From the NCBI RefSeq assembly GCF_000017305.1, contig NC_009664.2:300001-332000 (forward strand): a stretch of DNA of 32,000 nt. Reading direction: 5' to 3'. The position numbers were made by a program, and so were the translations under genes. Numbering within the stretch: position 1 is the first letter of the stretch; each line of letters opens with the position of its first letter. The notes below the pieces were generated by a model. That model was not told where the DNA came from, made no database searches, and saw nothing but the letters and a program-made list of their open reading frames with translations. Below are positions 1 through 8,581 of this stretch, piece after piece. Source of the stretch: Kineococcus radiotolerans SRS30216 = ATCC BAA-149 (GTDB lineage: Bacteria; Actinomycetota; Actinomycetes; Actinomycetales; Kineococcaceae).

Positions 1-36
1 GCGCGCCGCAGGCCGGCCCGGAGCAGGAGCGGGCGC

Positions 37-774
37 GTGCCTGAGGATCCCCCCGCCCCCCGCAGCGCGGCGGACCTCGTCGCCGAGCTGCGCGCCTACG
101 GCATGAGCGTGGCCGAGATCGCCCACGAGCTGCAGCGTTCCCCGCGGATGGTGCACAAGATCGTCCGGGGGGAGAGCAGCGGCCGGCTGTACGTGCCGAC
201 GCTGACCGAGCTGGTGGAGACCGGGCAGGCCCGCAGCCGCCCCCCGCGCCGCCGCGGCCGCGACGGCGAACCGGTCCGCGTGCGGGCGCCCCGCGGCGCG
301 GCAGCGCCGACGCGGGTGCCCGACGTCGACGACGAGCAGCCCGCCCCCGCCGGGGCCGGTCCCGCGGCGAGCCCCGGGGCGGGCCGCTCCGCGGGGGGAC
401 GCAGCCGGTTCAGCGACAGCACCGCCTACCTGCCCGGCGGGGTCCGTCAGCACACCGTCACCGGGCCCCGTTCGGAGGGGCCGGGGCGCGAGCGGACCCG
501 CCAGCGCCTCATGGACGTGCTGCGCGGCGCCGCGCGCGGTCAGCGCCACGGCCGCAAGAACGTCCGGTTCCGGGTCACCCTGCGCGACGGGACGTCGGTG
601 GAGGTCGGGTCCAAGGGCGGGTACTCGGTGTCGGCCGCCCTGGCCCGTTCGCGCGGTGAGGGCGACGACCCGCTGCGCTGGCTGCGCGAGGAGATCGCCG
701 AGCGCAGCTACGTGCAGGCGCAGCTGCGGGCGAAGCAGCTGGACATCGTGGGCGTGGAGGCGACGATCTTCTGA
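37..774 (+). CDS. hypothetical protein with N-terminal helix-turn-helix; may extend 5' beyond the window
   Basis: Track ORF of 245 aa in a frame with G/C-saturated third codon positions. HTH-like segment AADLVAELRAYGMSVAEIAHELQRSPRMVHKIV. There is no in-frame stop between nt 1 and 37, so the start is uncertain. Confidence 0.55.
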   Translation: MPEDPPAPRSAADLVAELRAYGMSVAEIAHELQRSPRMVHKIVRGESSGRLYVPTLTELVETGQARSRPPRRRGRDGEPVRVRAPRGAAAPTRVPDVDDEQPAPAGAGPAASPGAGRSAGGRSRFSDSTAYLPGGVRQHTVTGPRSEGPGRERTRQRLMDVLRGAARGQRHGRKNVRFRVTLRDGTSVEVGSKGGYSVSAALARSRGEGDDPLRWLREEIAERSYVQAQLRAKQLDIVGVEATIF

Positions 775-782
775 GCGCCCGG

Positions 783-801
783 CCGCGGGGCGTCCCCGCG
801 G
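783..801 (+). terminator. GC hairpin downstream of 37..774
   Basis: CCGCGGGG-cgt-CCCCGCGG, an 8-bp stem beginning 9 nt after the TGA at 772-774. No U tract. Confidence 0.3.
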
Positions 802-884
802 GTGGTCCTCGTGCTCGTGGTCACCTCGCGCCCACCCGGTGTGCGACGATCGTCACCAGAACTCCTCGAGCGAACAGGACTGGC

Positions 885-1355
885 ATGGCCACCACGAGGC
901 GCACCCAGTGCGCCAACAAGATGCCCTGGCCCGCCGGCAACCACCGGAGCCTCGACCGCTTCCTCGACGACGCCGAGCGCGCGGGCGTCCTCGACACGAT
1001 CGCGAACCACCCCGGGGCCGCGACCACCCTGGCCCTTCCCCCGCACGGCCTCGACGCCGCCACCGTGGGCACCGTCCTGCGCCACGCGGACTCCCGCGAG
1101 CAGGGCCTGGCCTTCCCCCTGGGCTGGCAGCTGTGGCAGCAGGAGGTGGGCGACCAGTACCCCGACCGCGCCGCCGCCGCCGAGGGCTTCGCCGAGTTCA
1201 CCCAGGAGCTCACCGGCGACCACTGGGAGAGCGGCGAGGGGACTCCCGCCGAGGAGCTGCTCGCCGGCTTCATCAACGCCGCCGTGGCCGCGCGGGCCGA
1301 GGGCACCAGCACCCGCGACGCCCTGGACGCGCTCACCGGCACCACCTCGGAGTAG
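885..1355 (+). CDS. hypothetical acidic protein
   Basis: Track ORF of 156 aa. Third codon positions are almost all G/C in this frame, unlike the overlapping minus-strand ORFs. No family recognised. An alternative ATG lies at 921. Confidence 0.55.
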   Translation: MATTRRTQCANKMPWPAGNHRSLDRFLDDAERAGVLDTIANHPGAATTLALPPHGLDAATVGTVLRHADSREQGLAFPLGWQLWQQEVGDQYPDRAAAAEGFAEFTQELTGDHWESGEGTPAEELLAGFINAAVAARAEGTSTRDALDALTGTTSE

Positions 1356-1387
1356 CACCTCCCCCGCCGACGGGCCGGGCCCCGCGC

Positions 1388-1813
1388 TCAGCCCGTCGGC
1401 GGCAGCGGGCCCCGCCAGGGCTCGCCCAGGGTGATCTGGCGCAGGTGCAGGGCGATGACGTCGACGTCGTCGAGGCCGTTCTCGACCAGCCCCACCAGCC
1501 GCTGCCCGTACTCCGCGTCCGGCTGCACCGTCCTGACCCCGTTGCGGTCCAGCGCGGCCAGGGCCACGAACAACCCGATGCCGGGGTTGAGGGCACCCGC
1601 GAAGGGTCGCGTCGTCACGATGGCGTGCATGAGGGCCGCCGCCTGCTCGTGCTCCCCGCGGTAGATCCGCTCGCCGTCGACGTCCAGGGAGGGCCGCAGC
1701 GCCGCGGCGGCCAGGGCTCCCACGTCGCGGATCACGACGGGTCCCTCCGCCAGCCAGTCCGCCAGCTCGCTGATCTGCGCGACGCTCAGGAAACGGGGGT
1801 GCTCCGGGATCAC
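1388..1813 (-). CDS. Fic/Doc (death-on-curing) family toxin-like protein with a degenerate catalytic motif
   Basis: Last 141 codons of track ORF 1388..2353. The GTG at 1813 overlaps the TGA of the upstream small ORF (GTGA). Doc-like pattern FLSVAQISELADWL..GPVVIRDVGALAAAALRP..EQAAALMHAIV..LDRNGV. The expected HxFx(D/N)xNKR motif reads RPFAGALNPG. Confidence 0.5.
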   Translation of the reverse strand: MIPEHPRFLSVAQISELADWLAEGPVVIRDVGALAAAALRPSLDVDGERIYRGEHEQAAALMHAIVTTRPFAGALNPGIGLFVALAALDRNGVRTVQPDAEYGQRLVGLVENGLDDVDVIALHLRQITLGEPWRGPLPPTG

Positions 1814-2007
1814 CGGGAGCGCAGCGCTTCCCACAGGGTGGGGTTGCTGGCCGCGATGCGCTCGGCGATCGTCGCGATCGCCTCCTCCTGCGCGCGGGCG
1901 GACTGCTCCAGCAGCGCCTCGAAGAGCTTCTGCCGCGAGACCCCGGGGTTGCGGCGCCGCAGGTCCTCCAGCATGCGCTCGTGGTCCCCGGAGAGGCGGA
2001 GCGTCAT
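1810..2007 (-). CDS. ribbon-helix-helix (CopG/Phd-type) antitoxin-like protein
   Basis: ATG at 2007 inside track ORF 1810..2031, giving 65 aa. MTLRLSGDHERMLEDLRRR fits an RHH beta-strand followed by a helix. Its stop overlaps the start of the downstream Doc-like gene. Confidence 0.5.
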   Translation of the reverse strand: MTLRLSGDHERMLEDLRRRNPGVSRQKLFEALLEQSARAQEEAIATIAERIAASNPTLWEALRSR

Positions 2008-2049
2008 CTGGGCCACCCCCCGAGGGTACACCGGTGATGTCGCGTGATG

Positions 2050-2412
2050 TCAGGCACCGGCGGCGTCGCCGCCCCGGTCGGCCTCGCGGCGGGCGCGCTG
2101 GTAGCCCGTCCACGCCCGCGTGCACCGGTCGCAGCGGCAGCCCAGGTTGCGGTACCCGTTGGCCGAGCCGTGCCGGTCGTCCCCCGGGTCCTGCGCGAAG
2201 GCCGCCTTCAGCTGCCCCGCCGAGGCCCGCGGCGCCGCCACCCCCAGCCCCAGCTCGGCCCGCCAGGTGCGGATCGTGGGGTGGCTCACGCCCAGCAGCC
2301 GCCCCGCCTCCTGCTGGGACAGGTGGGCAGTGGCCTCCACCGCCCGCTGCCACGAGGCGTGGCCGGAACGGCGGGCGACCTCGTCGCGGTCGTAGCGGGG
2401 CACGGGCGGCAC
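2050..2412 (-). CDS. HTH DNA-binding protein with C-terminal GYxNxGCRCxxC motif (type common in actinobacterial phages/ICEs)
   Basis: Last 120 codons of track ORF 2050..2949, starting at the in-frame GTG at 2412. HTH segment LSQQEAGRLLGVSHPTIRTW, followed by HGSANGYRNLGCRCDRCTRAW. Confidence 0.5.
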   Translation of the reverse strand: MPPVPRYDRDEVARRSGHASWQRAVEATAHLSQQEAGRLLGVSHPTIRTWRAELGLGVAAPRASAGQLKAAFAQDPGDDRHGSANGYRNLGCRCDRCTRAWTGYQRARREADRGGDAAGA

Positions 2413-2478
2413 GCTACGCCGCCCCACCCCCTCAGCAGGACCCCGCCACCCACCGGCCGGGACCCCTAGGGTCGGGGC

Positions 2479-3036
2479 GTGGAACTCCCCCGGGTCACCC
2501 TCCGGCTCTGGCGCCCCAGCGAAGCCCCCCGGTTGTTCGACCTGCTCAGCCGCCCCGAGGTGACCCGCTGGTTCGGGGAGAACAGCCGCGCCCCCCTCAC
2601 CGAGGTCGACCAGGCCCTGCAGCGCATCGAGGACTGGGCCCTGGGCGGCGAACCGCCCCTGGGCGCCCGCGCCGTCGTCACCCCCGACCGGGCCGAGCCC
2701 GTCGGCACCGTGCTCCTGTTCCCCGCCCCCCACGCCCTGCACGGGGAGATCGAGGTCGGCTGGTACCTGCACCCCGACGCCGTCGGCCACGGCTACGCCG
2801 CCGCGGCCACCCGCTGGGCCATCGCCGACGCCCTCGCCGCCGGCCACGACGAGGTGTGGGCCCTCACCCACCCCGACAACCACCGCAGCCGGGCCACCGC
2901 CGTCCGCGCCGGCATGGTCGACCTCGGTGACGTCGAGGGGCTGTGGCACGACGGCCCCTCGCGGCTGTTCGTGGCCGGGCGCACCGCCCCGCCGCGGCCC
3001 GCGCGGTCCGCCGGGGGTGCCGGCCGAGACGGGTGA
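2479..3036 (+). CDS. GNAT family N-acetyltransferase (RimJ/RimL-like)
   Basis: Track ORF of 185 aa. LRLWRPSEAPRLFDLL.., EIEVGWYLHPDAVGHGYAAAA and NHRSRATAVRAGM are typical GNAT motifs A/B. TAGGGT lies 6 nt upstream of the GTG, suggesting a possible leaderless start. Confidence 0.75.
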   Translation: MELPRVTLRLWRPSEAPRLFDLLSRPEVTRWFGENSRAPLTEVDQALQRIEDWALGGEPPLGARAVVTPDRAEPVGTVLLFPAPHALHGEIEVGWYLHPDAVGHGYAAAATRWAIADALAAGHDEVWALTHPDNHRSRATAVRAGMVDLGDVEGLWHDGPSRLFVAGRTAPPRPARSAGGAGRDG

Positions 3037-3067
3037 CCCTCCCGCGGGCCGCGCGCGCCCCGCGGCC

Positions 3068-4417
3068 TCAGCAGGTGGCGACGAAGCGCTGCAGGACCCG
3101 CACCCCGAACTTCAGCGCGTCCACCGGGACCCGCTCGTCGATCCCGTGGAACATCCCCGCGAAGTCCATGCCGGCGGGCAGGCGCAGCGGCGCGAAGCCG
3201 TAGCCGCGGATCCCCAGGTGCGAGAACGACTTGTTGTCCGTGCCGCCCGACAGGCAGTACGGCAGCACCTTCGCGCCCGGGTCCTCCGCCAGCAGCGCCG
3301 CCTGCATCCGGTCCACCAGGGGCGCGGCGAACTCCGTCTCCAGGGCCACGCTCTGGTTGACGACCTCGACGTCCACCCGCTCCCCGGCCAGTTCCCGGAT
3401 CGTGGACATGAGCTGCTCCTGGCGGCCGGGCAGGAACCGGGTGTCGATCAGGGCGCTCGCCGAGCCCGGGATCACGTTGTGCTTGTACCCCGCGTCCAGC
3501 GCGGTGGGGTTGGAGGTGTTCTGCAGCGTCGCCCCCACCCAGCGGGCCGTCGTCCCCAGCTTCGCGAGCAGCGCCGAGGGGTCGGTCTCGGTGAACGGGA
3601 CCCCGGTGATCTCCGAGACCCCCTCCAGGAACTGCCGCACCGTCGCGGTGTACTCCAGCGGCCAGGTGTACTCCCCGATCCGCGTGACCGCCGCGCACAA
3701 CCGCGTCACCGCGTTGTCCGTCCCCACCTGCGAACCGTGCCCGGCCCGCCCGTGGGCGACCAGGCGCAACCACGCCAGGCCCTTCTCGGCGGTCTGCAGC
3801 AGGTAGGTCCGCTGCCCGTCGAGGTCGACGGAGAAGCCCCCGACCTCGCTGACGGCCTCGGTGACGCCCTCGAACAGCTCCGGGCGGTGGTTGACCAGCC
3901 ACTCCGCGCCCTGGACGCCGGCGGCCTCCTCGTCGGCCAGGAAGGCGAAGACCAGGTCGCGCGGGGGGCGCGCGCCCGTGCGCGCCATGTCGCGCAGCAC
4001 CGCGAGCAGCATCGCGTCCATGTCCTTCATGTCCACCGCGCCGCGGCCCCACAGGCACCCGTCGGCGATCTCGCCGGAGAACGGGTCGACCTTCCAGTCC
4101 GCGGCCTGCGCCGGGACCACGTCCAGGTGCCCGTGCAGCAGCAGCGCCCCGCGCTCGGCCGTGCCGCGCTCGTCACCGGGGACCCGCACGACGACGTTGC
4201 CGCGCTTGGGGAAGCCCTCCACGTACTCCGGCTGCAGCCCCACCTCGTGCAGCAGCTCCATGACGTGCTCGGCCGCGACCCGCTCCCCGGGACCGGACCC
4301 GTCGCCGTAGTTGGAGGTGTCGATCCTCAGCAGGTCGCGGCAGAGGTCCACGACCTCCGCCTCGGCCGCGCCCGTCCCGTTCGTCCCGCCCGTGGTGTCC
4401 GCGCTCACCTGCGCCAC
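3068..4417 (-). CDS. M20/M25/M40 family metallo-hydrolase (dipeptidase / ArgE-DapE-like)
   Basis: Track ORF of 449 aa. LLLHGHLDVVP, GRGAVDMKD and FLADEEAAG match the metal-ligand motifs of peptidase family M20. Confidence 0.85.
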   Translation of the reverse strand: MAQVSADTTGGTNGTGAAEAEVVDLCRDLLRIDTSNYGDGSGPGERVAAEHVMELLHEVGLQPEYVEGFPKRGNVVVRVPGDERGTAERGALLLHGHLDVVPAQAADWKVDPFSGEIADGCLWGRGAVDMKDMDAMLLAVLRDMARTGARPPRDLVFAFLADEEAAGVQGAEWLVNHRPELFEGVTEAVSEVGGFSVDLDGQRTYLLQTAEKGLAWLRLVAHGRAGHGSQVGTDNAVTRLCAAVTRIGEYTWPLEYTATVRQFLEGVSEITGVPFTETDPSALLAKLGTTARWVGATLQNTSNPTALDAGYKHNVIPGSASALIDTRFLPGRQEQLMSTIRELAGERVDVEVVNQSVALETEFAAPLVDRMQAALLAEDPGAKVLPYCLSGGTDNKSFSHLGIRGYGFAPLRLPAGMDFAGMFHGIDERVPVDALKFGVRVLQRFVATC

Positions 4418-4467
4418 CGTAGAGCGTGCCCGGCGCCGCGGCGCGTCTCGGGTAGCGTCCCGGTGCC

Positions 4468-5163
4468 ATGGACAGCTCCCCGGCCACCACCACCACTCGC
4501 GCGGGCGAGGGCGACTGGTCGGTGAGCGCGCCGCGCGGGCTGAGCGACACCGTGCACGACGCCATCCTCGAACTGCTCATGAACCGCGGCCTGGAACCGG
4601 GCTCGGCCCTGCGCACCCAGACCCTCGCCGTGCGCCTCGGCGTCAGCGCCACCCCGGTGCGGGAGGCCCTGGCCCGCCTGGAGGGCTCCGGCCTGGTCGT
4701 GCGCAGCGCCCGGCGGGGGTACCGCGCCGCTCCGCTGCTCTCCCCCGAGGAGCTGGCCCAGCTCGTCGACGTGCGGCTGCTGGTGGAGCCGGGCAACGCG
4801 GAACGGGCCTGCGCCCGCAGCGACGACGCCTTCGTGGCCCGGCTGTGGAGCGCGGTCGAGGACCAGCGCACCGCCCCCACCGGACCGGGCTACGCCGGCT
4901 TCAAGCACTACCTCGAGGCGGACTGGTCCTTCCACGAGCTCGTCGCCCAGGGGACGGGCAACCCCTTCATCGTCCGCACCCTGGACTCCTTCCGCGGCTT
5001 CGTGCAGCGCCTGCACCAGGTCGAGGAGCGCGTCAGCGACGCCGACGAGAGCGTCTCCGAGCACGAGGCGATCGTGCGCGCCTTCGAGCAGCGCGACCCC
5101 GCCGCGGCCGCGACGGCCATGCGCGCGCACCTGAGGGGTGTCCTGGACCGGGCGGTCGGGTGA
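4468..5163 (+). CDS. GntR family transcriptional regulator (FadR/FCD subfamily)
   Basis: Track ORF of 231 aa. Winged-HTH segment LRTQTLAVRLGVSATPVREALARLEGSGLVV, followed by an all-helical C-terminal FCD-like domain. Confidence 0.85.
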   Translation: MDSSPATTTTRAGEGDWSVSAPRGLSDTVHDAILELLMNRGLEPGSALRTQTLAVRLGVSATPVREALARLEGSGLVVRSARRGYRAAPLLSPEELAQLVDVRLLVEPGNAERACARSDDAFVARLWSAVEDQRTAPTGPGYAGFKHYLEADWSFHELVAQGTGNPFIVRTLDSFRGFVQRLHQVEERVSDADESVSEHEAIVRAFEQRDPAAAATAMRAHLRGVLDRAVG

Positions 5164-5197
5164 AGACTCGGGGCGGCACTCGCCAACGGACGTGATT

Positions 5198-5207
5198 TTC
5201 TATAGAA
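5198..5207. promoter_or_regulatory. AT-rich 10-bp palindrome TTCTATAGAA; candidate operator and/or -10 (TAGAAT at 5203-5208) of the sugar operon
   Basis: The only AT-rich stretch in the 77-nt gap between the GntR stop and the 5241 start. Flanked by direct ACGGACG repeats at 5186-5192 and 5216-5222. Confidence 0.35.
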
Positions 5208-5240
5208 TCCGATCCGACGGACGACCTTTGGAGTGACACC

Positions 5241-6257
5241 GTGAGCGACGACGCGCACACCCCGACGAGCACCCGCGTGTTCGACGGCTTCCCCGACGTG
5301 CTGACCCGGCAGAACTGGCCGATCACCGTCCCGATGATGCCGCACCCGCACGTGCTGAAGGACGGCACGACCGTGCAGGAGCAGTCCGCCGAGGGGTGGG
5401 CGCAGACGCTGGAGGTCATGACCGACGCGGGCTACACCTGCATCGACCCGACCGACACCTGGATCCGGATCGCGGACCTCTCCCCCGAGCGCCTCGACGA
5501 GTTCTCCGCCACGGTGCGCCAGGCCGGACTGCAGATCCCGGCGTTCTCCACCTCGCGCCGCTCGGTGATGGACCACGAGAAGGCCGAGGAGAACCTCGCC
5601 TACTCCCACCGCGCCATCGACGCCTGCGCCGCCATCGGCATCCCCGTCGTCAACTTCGGCTTCATGCGCGGCTTCACCCCCGCCCAGGCCAAGGCCCTGT
5701 GGTTCTGGCTGGAGCCGGGCTACTCCGACGACTTCAGCGCCGACGTCCGCCAGGTCGCCGTCGGGAAGATCCAGGAGCTCGCCGCGCACGCGCAGAGCGT
5801 GGGCGTCCAGATCGCCCTGGAGATGTACGAGGACACCTACCTCGGCACCGCCGACGGCATGGTGCAGTTCGTCCAGGACGTGGGCTACGACAACGTGGGC
5901 CTCAACCCCGACTTCGGCAACATCCTGCGCCTGCACCGCGAGGTCGAGCCGTGGGAGGAGATCGCCGCCAAGACGTTCCCCTACACGAACTACTGGCACC
6001 TCAAGAACTACTACCGCGACGAGGAACCCTCCACCGGTTCCATCCGCACCCACCCGGCTCCCCTGGAGTTCGGCACCATCAACTACCGCAAGGCCATCTC
6101 GATGGCCATCGAGGCCGGCTTCCGCGGCGCCTTCTGCGTGGAGCACTACGGCGGCGACAGCATCAGCGTCGGCGCCACCAACCGCGAGTACATCCGTCGC
6201 GTCCTGCCCAGGGCCACGACCCACCGGCCGTTCAGCAGCGGCGCCGGGACCAACTGA
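5241..6257 (+). CDS. sugar phosphate isomerase/epimerase (xylose isomerase-like TIM barrel, EryC-like)
   Basis: Track ORF of 338 aa with a GTG start. Pattern resembles the AP-endonuclease-2/xylose-isomerase TIM barrel (IALEMYEDT.., NPDFGN.., HLKNY). Confidence 0.7.
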   Translation: MSDDAHTPTSTRVFDGFPDVLTRQNWPITVPMMPHPHVLKDGTTVQEQSAEGWAQTLEVMTDAGYTCIDPTDTWIRIADLSPERLDEFSATVRQAGLQIPAFSTSRRSVMDHEKAEENLAYSHRAIDACAAIGIPVVNFGFMRGFTPAQAKALWFWLEPGYSDDFSADVRQVAVGKIQELAAHAQSVGVQIALEMYEDTYLGTADGMVQFVQDVGYDNVGLNPDFGNILRLHREVEPWEEIAAKTFPYTNYWHLKNYYRDEEPSTGSIRTHPAPLEFGTINYRKAISMAIEAGFRGAFCVEHYGGDSISVGATNREYIRRVLPRATTHRPFSSGAGTN

Positions 6258-6279
6258 GCGATCGAAGGAGACCGTCCAG

Positions 6280-7989
6280 ATGACCAAGATCTTCGGTGAC
6301 CCCTCCGAGTTCGTCGACGATTCCGTCGCCGGGTTCGTGGACCTGTACTCCCGCTTCGTGCAGCCCGTCCCGCACGGGGTGATCCGCTCCACCGCCACCC
6401 CCGAGGGCAAGGTGGCCGTCATCGCCGGCGGCGGCTCGGGGCACTACCCCGCCTTCGCCGGCTACGTCGGGCCGGGCCTGGCCGACGCCGCGGTGTGCGG
6501 CAACGTCTTCGCCTCCCCCTCCACCCGCTGGGTCTACGACGTCGCCAAGGCCGCCAACCGCGGCGGCGGGGTCGTCCTGGGCTTTGGCAACTACGCCGGG
6601 GACATCCTGAACTTCGGCCTGGCCGCCGAGCGCCTGCGCGCCGAGGGCATCCCCGCCGAGCTGCTCGTCGTCACCGACGACGTCGCCAGCGAGGGCCAGG
6701 GCGCCAACGGCCAGCGGCGCGGGATCGCCGGCGACGTCGTGGCGTTCAAGATCGCCGGTGCGGCCGCCGAGGCCGGTTACGGCTTCGACGACGTGGTGCG
6801 CGTGGCCCGCCACGCCAACGACGTCACCCGCTCCATGGGCATCGCCTTCGCCGGCTGCACCCTGCCCGGGGAGAGCGAGCCGCTGTTCACCGTCACCCCC
6901 GGCAACATGGCCATCGGCCTGGGCATCCACGGCGAGCCGGGCATCTCCGAGGAACCCATCGGGACCCCGCAGGAGATCGCGGACCTGCTCGTCGACAAGG
7001 TCCTGGGCGGCAAGCCCGAGGGCACCCCGGACGGGGGGAAGGTCGCCGTCCTCGTCAACGGGCTCGGCTCGACGAAGTACGAGGAGCTGTTCCTCCTCTA
7101 CGGCCCCATCGCCAAGCGCCTGCGCGAGGCCGGCTACGAGGTCGTCGCCCCCCAGGTCGGCGAACTCGTCACCTCCCTGGACATGGCCGGTTGCTCGCTG
7201 ACGGTGACGTGGCTGGACGAGGAGCTGGAGACCCTCTGGACCGCTCCCGCCCAGTGCCCGGCGCTGTCGGTGGGTCCCACCATCGAGACCACCCCCGCCC
7301 CGACCTACGTGGTGCCCGAGGACGAGGTCGCCGACTACACCGGCACCCCCGCCGAGGCGCAGGAGGCCGGGCAGAAGATCGCCGGGCTGATCGAGGCCGT
7401 GCGCGACGTGCTCAAGGACGCCGAAGCGGAACTGGGGCGCATCGACGCCATCGCCGGTGACGGCGACCACGGCACGGGCATGGTCAACGGCTCCGTCGCC
7501 GCGGCGCAGGCCGCGCGCACCGCCGCCGACGCCGGAGCCGGGGCGGCGGCGACGCTCTCCGCCGCCGGCGGCGCCTGGGCGGACCGCGCCGGTGGGACCT
7601 CCGGGGTCATCTGGGGGGTGCTGCTGCACGCCTTCGCCGACAAGCTGGGCGACGAGGGCAAGCCCAGCGCGCAGCAGGTCGCCGAGGGCGCCACCGCCTC
7701 CGTCGAGGCCGTCATGCGCCTGGCCGGGGCGCGGGTGGGCAACAAGACGATGCTGGACTCCCAGGTCCCCTTCGCCCAGACCCTCGCCGAGCGCGTGGGG
7801 GCCGGGGACGACCTGAAGACCGCGTTCACCACCGCCGCCCAGGCCGCCACCGCCGCGGCGGAGGCCACCAAGGACCTGCGCCCGCAGATCGGGCGCGCCC
7901 GCCCGCTGGCGGAGCGTTCCCTGGGCCACCCCGACGCCGGGGCGGTCTCCCTCGCCCTGGTCACCCGCACCATCGCCGACAAGCTCTGA
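6280..7989 (+). CDS. dihydroxyacetone kinase family protein (fused DhaK + DhaL domains; ATP-dependent ketose kinase)
   Basis: Track ORF of 569 aa with GAAGGAG upstream of the ATG. The N-terminal Dak1 region ([20 protein letters not shown]) and the C-terminal Dak2 region ([10 protein letters not shown]) are both present. Confidence 0.85.
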   Translation: MTKIFGDPSEFVDDSVAGFVDLYSRFVQPVPHGVIRSTATPEGKVAVIAGGGSGHYPAFAGYVGPGLADAAVCGNVFASPSTRWVYDVAKAANRGGGVVLGFGNYAGDILNFGLAAERLRAEGIPAELLVVTDDVASEGQGANGQRRGIAGDVVAFKIAGAAAEAGYGFDDVVRVARHANDVTRSMGIAFAGCTLPGESEPLFTVTPGNMAIGLGIHGEPGISEEPIGTPQEIADLLVDKVLGGKPEGTPDGGKVAVLVNGLGSTKYEELFLLYGPIAKRLREAGYEVVAPQVGELVTSLDMAGCSLTVTWLDEELETLWTAPAQCPALSVGPTIETTPAPTYVVPEDEVADYTGTPAEAQEAGQKIAGLIEAVRDVLKDAEAELGRIDAIAGDGDHGTGMVNGSVAAAQAARTAADAGAGAAATLSAAGGAWADRAGGTSGVIWGVLLHAFADKLGDEGKPSAQQVAEGATASVEAVMRLAGARVGNKTMLDSQVPFAQTLAERVGAGDDLKTAFTTAAQAATAAAEATKDLRPQIGRARPLAERSLGHPDAGAVSLALVTRTIADKL

Positions 7990-8005
7990 GAGAAGAGGAA
8001 CGACC

Positions 8006-8509
8006 ATGACTGATCTGCAGTGGCGCGTGGTGCTGGCCGCCGACGAGGCGGGTGTCTCCTACAAGGACGCCATCAAGGCGGACCTGCTGAAGGACCCCCG
8101 CGTGAAGGAGGTCCTCGACGTCGGTGTGAACGGTGACGACGACAAGACCGCCTACCCCCACGTGGCCGTCGCCGCCGCCCGCAAGATCGCCGCCGGTGAG
8201 GCCGACCGCGGCATCCTCGTCTGCGGCACCGGCATGGGCGTGGCGATCGCGGCGAACAAGGTCCCCGGCATCCGCGCCTCGGTGGCCCACGACTCCTTCT
8301 CCGTGGAGCGCCTGGTGCTCTCCAACGACGGTCAGGTCCTGACCCTGGGCGAGCGGGTCATCGGCAAGGAGCTGGCCCGTCGCCTGGCCAAGGAGTTCCT
8401 CGGCTACGTCTTCGACCCCACCTCCGCCTCCGCGGCCAAGGTCGAGGCCATCACCGGTTACGAGACCGTGGCCAACACCGACGCCGACGTGGCCGCCTCC
8501 TCCTGCTGA
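8006..8509 (+). CDS. rpiB: RpiB/LacA/LacB family sugar-phosphate isomerase
   Basis: Track ORF of 167 aa. [24 protein letters not shown] is the RpiB signature and includes the catalytic Cys. Confidence 0.85.
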   Translation: MTDLQWRVVLAADEAGVSYKDAIKADLLKDPRVKEVLDVGVNGDDDKTAYPHVAVAAARKIAAGEADRGILVCGTGMGVAIAANKVPGIRASVAHDSFSVERLVLSNDGQVLTLGERVIGKELARRLAKEFLGYVFDPTSASAAKVEAITGYETVANTDADVAASSC

Positions 8510-8581
8510 ACCGGCCCGGAGGGCGAGGCAGGTACCGTCGGGTCCTGCTGAGACCTCTTCGAGACCTGGAGAACCCCCGCC

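Noticed and set aside
37-774. Resemblance of the 245-aa HTH protein to Streptomyces-type telomere terminal proteins (Tpg).
   Set aside because: The only shared features are an N-terminal HTH followed by basic and acidic segments. The length differs and I cannot align any specific Tpg motifs. The idea is not supportable without a profile search.
8506-8519. Identical 14-mer CTGAACCGGCCCGG spanning the stop codons of rpiB (8506-8519) and the Rieske gene (16276-16289).
   Set aside because: A back-of-envelope estimate from base composition predicts many chance 14-mer coincidences in 2 x 32 kb of DNA this GC-rich, and no further similarity extends on either side.
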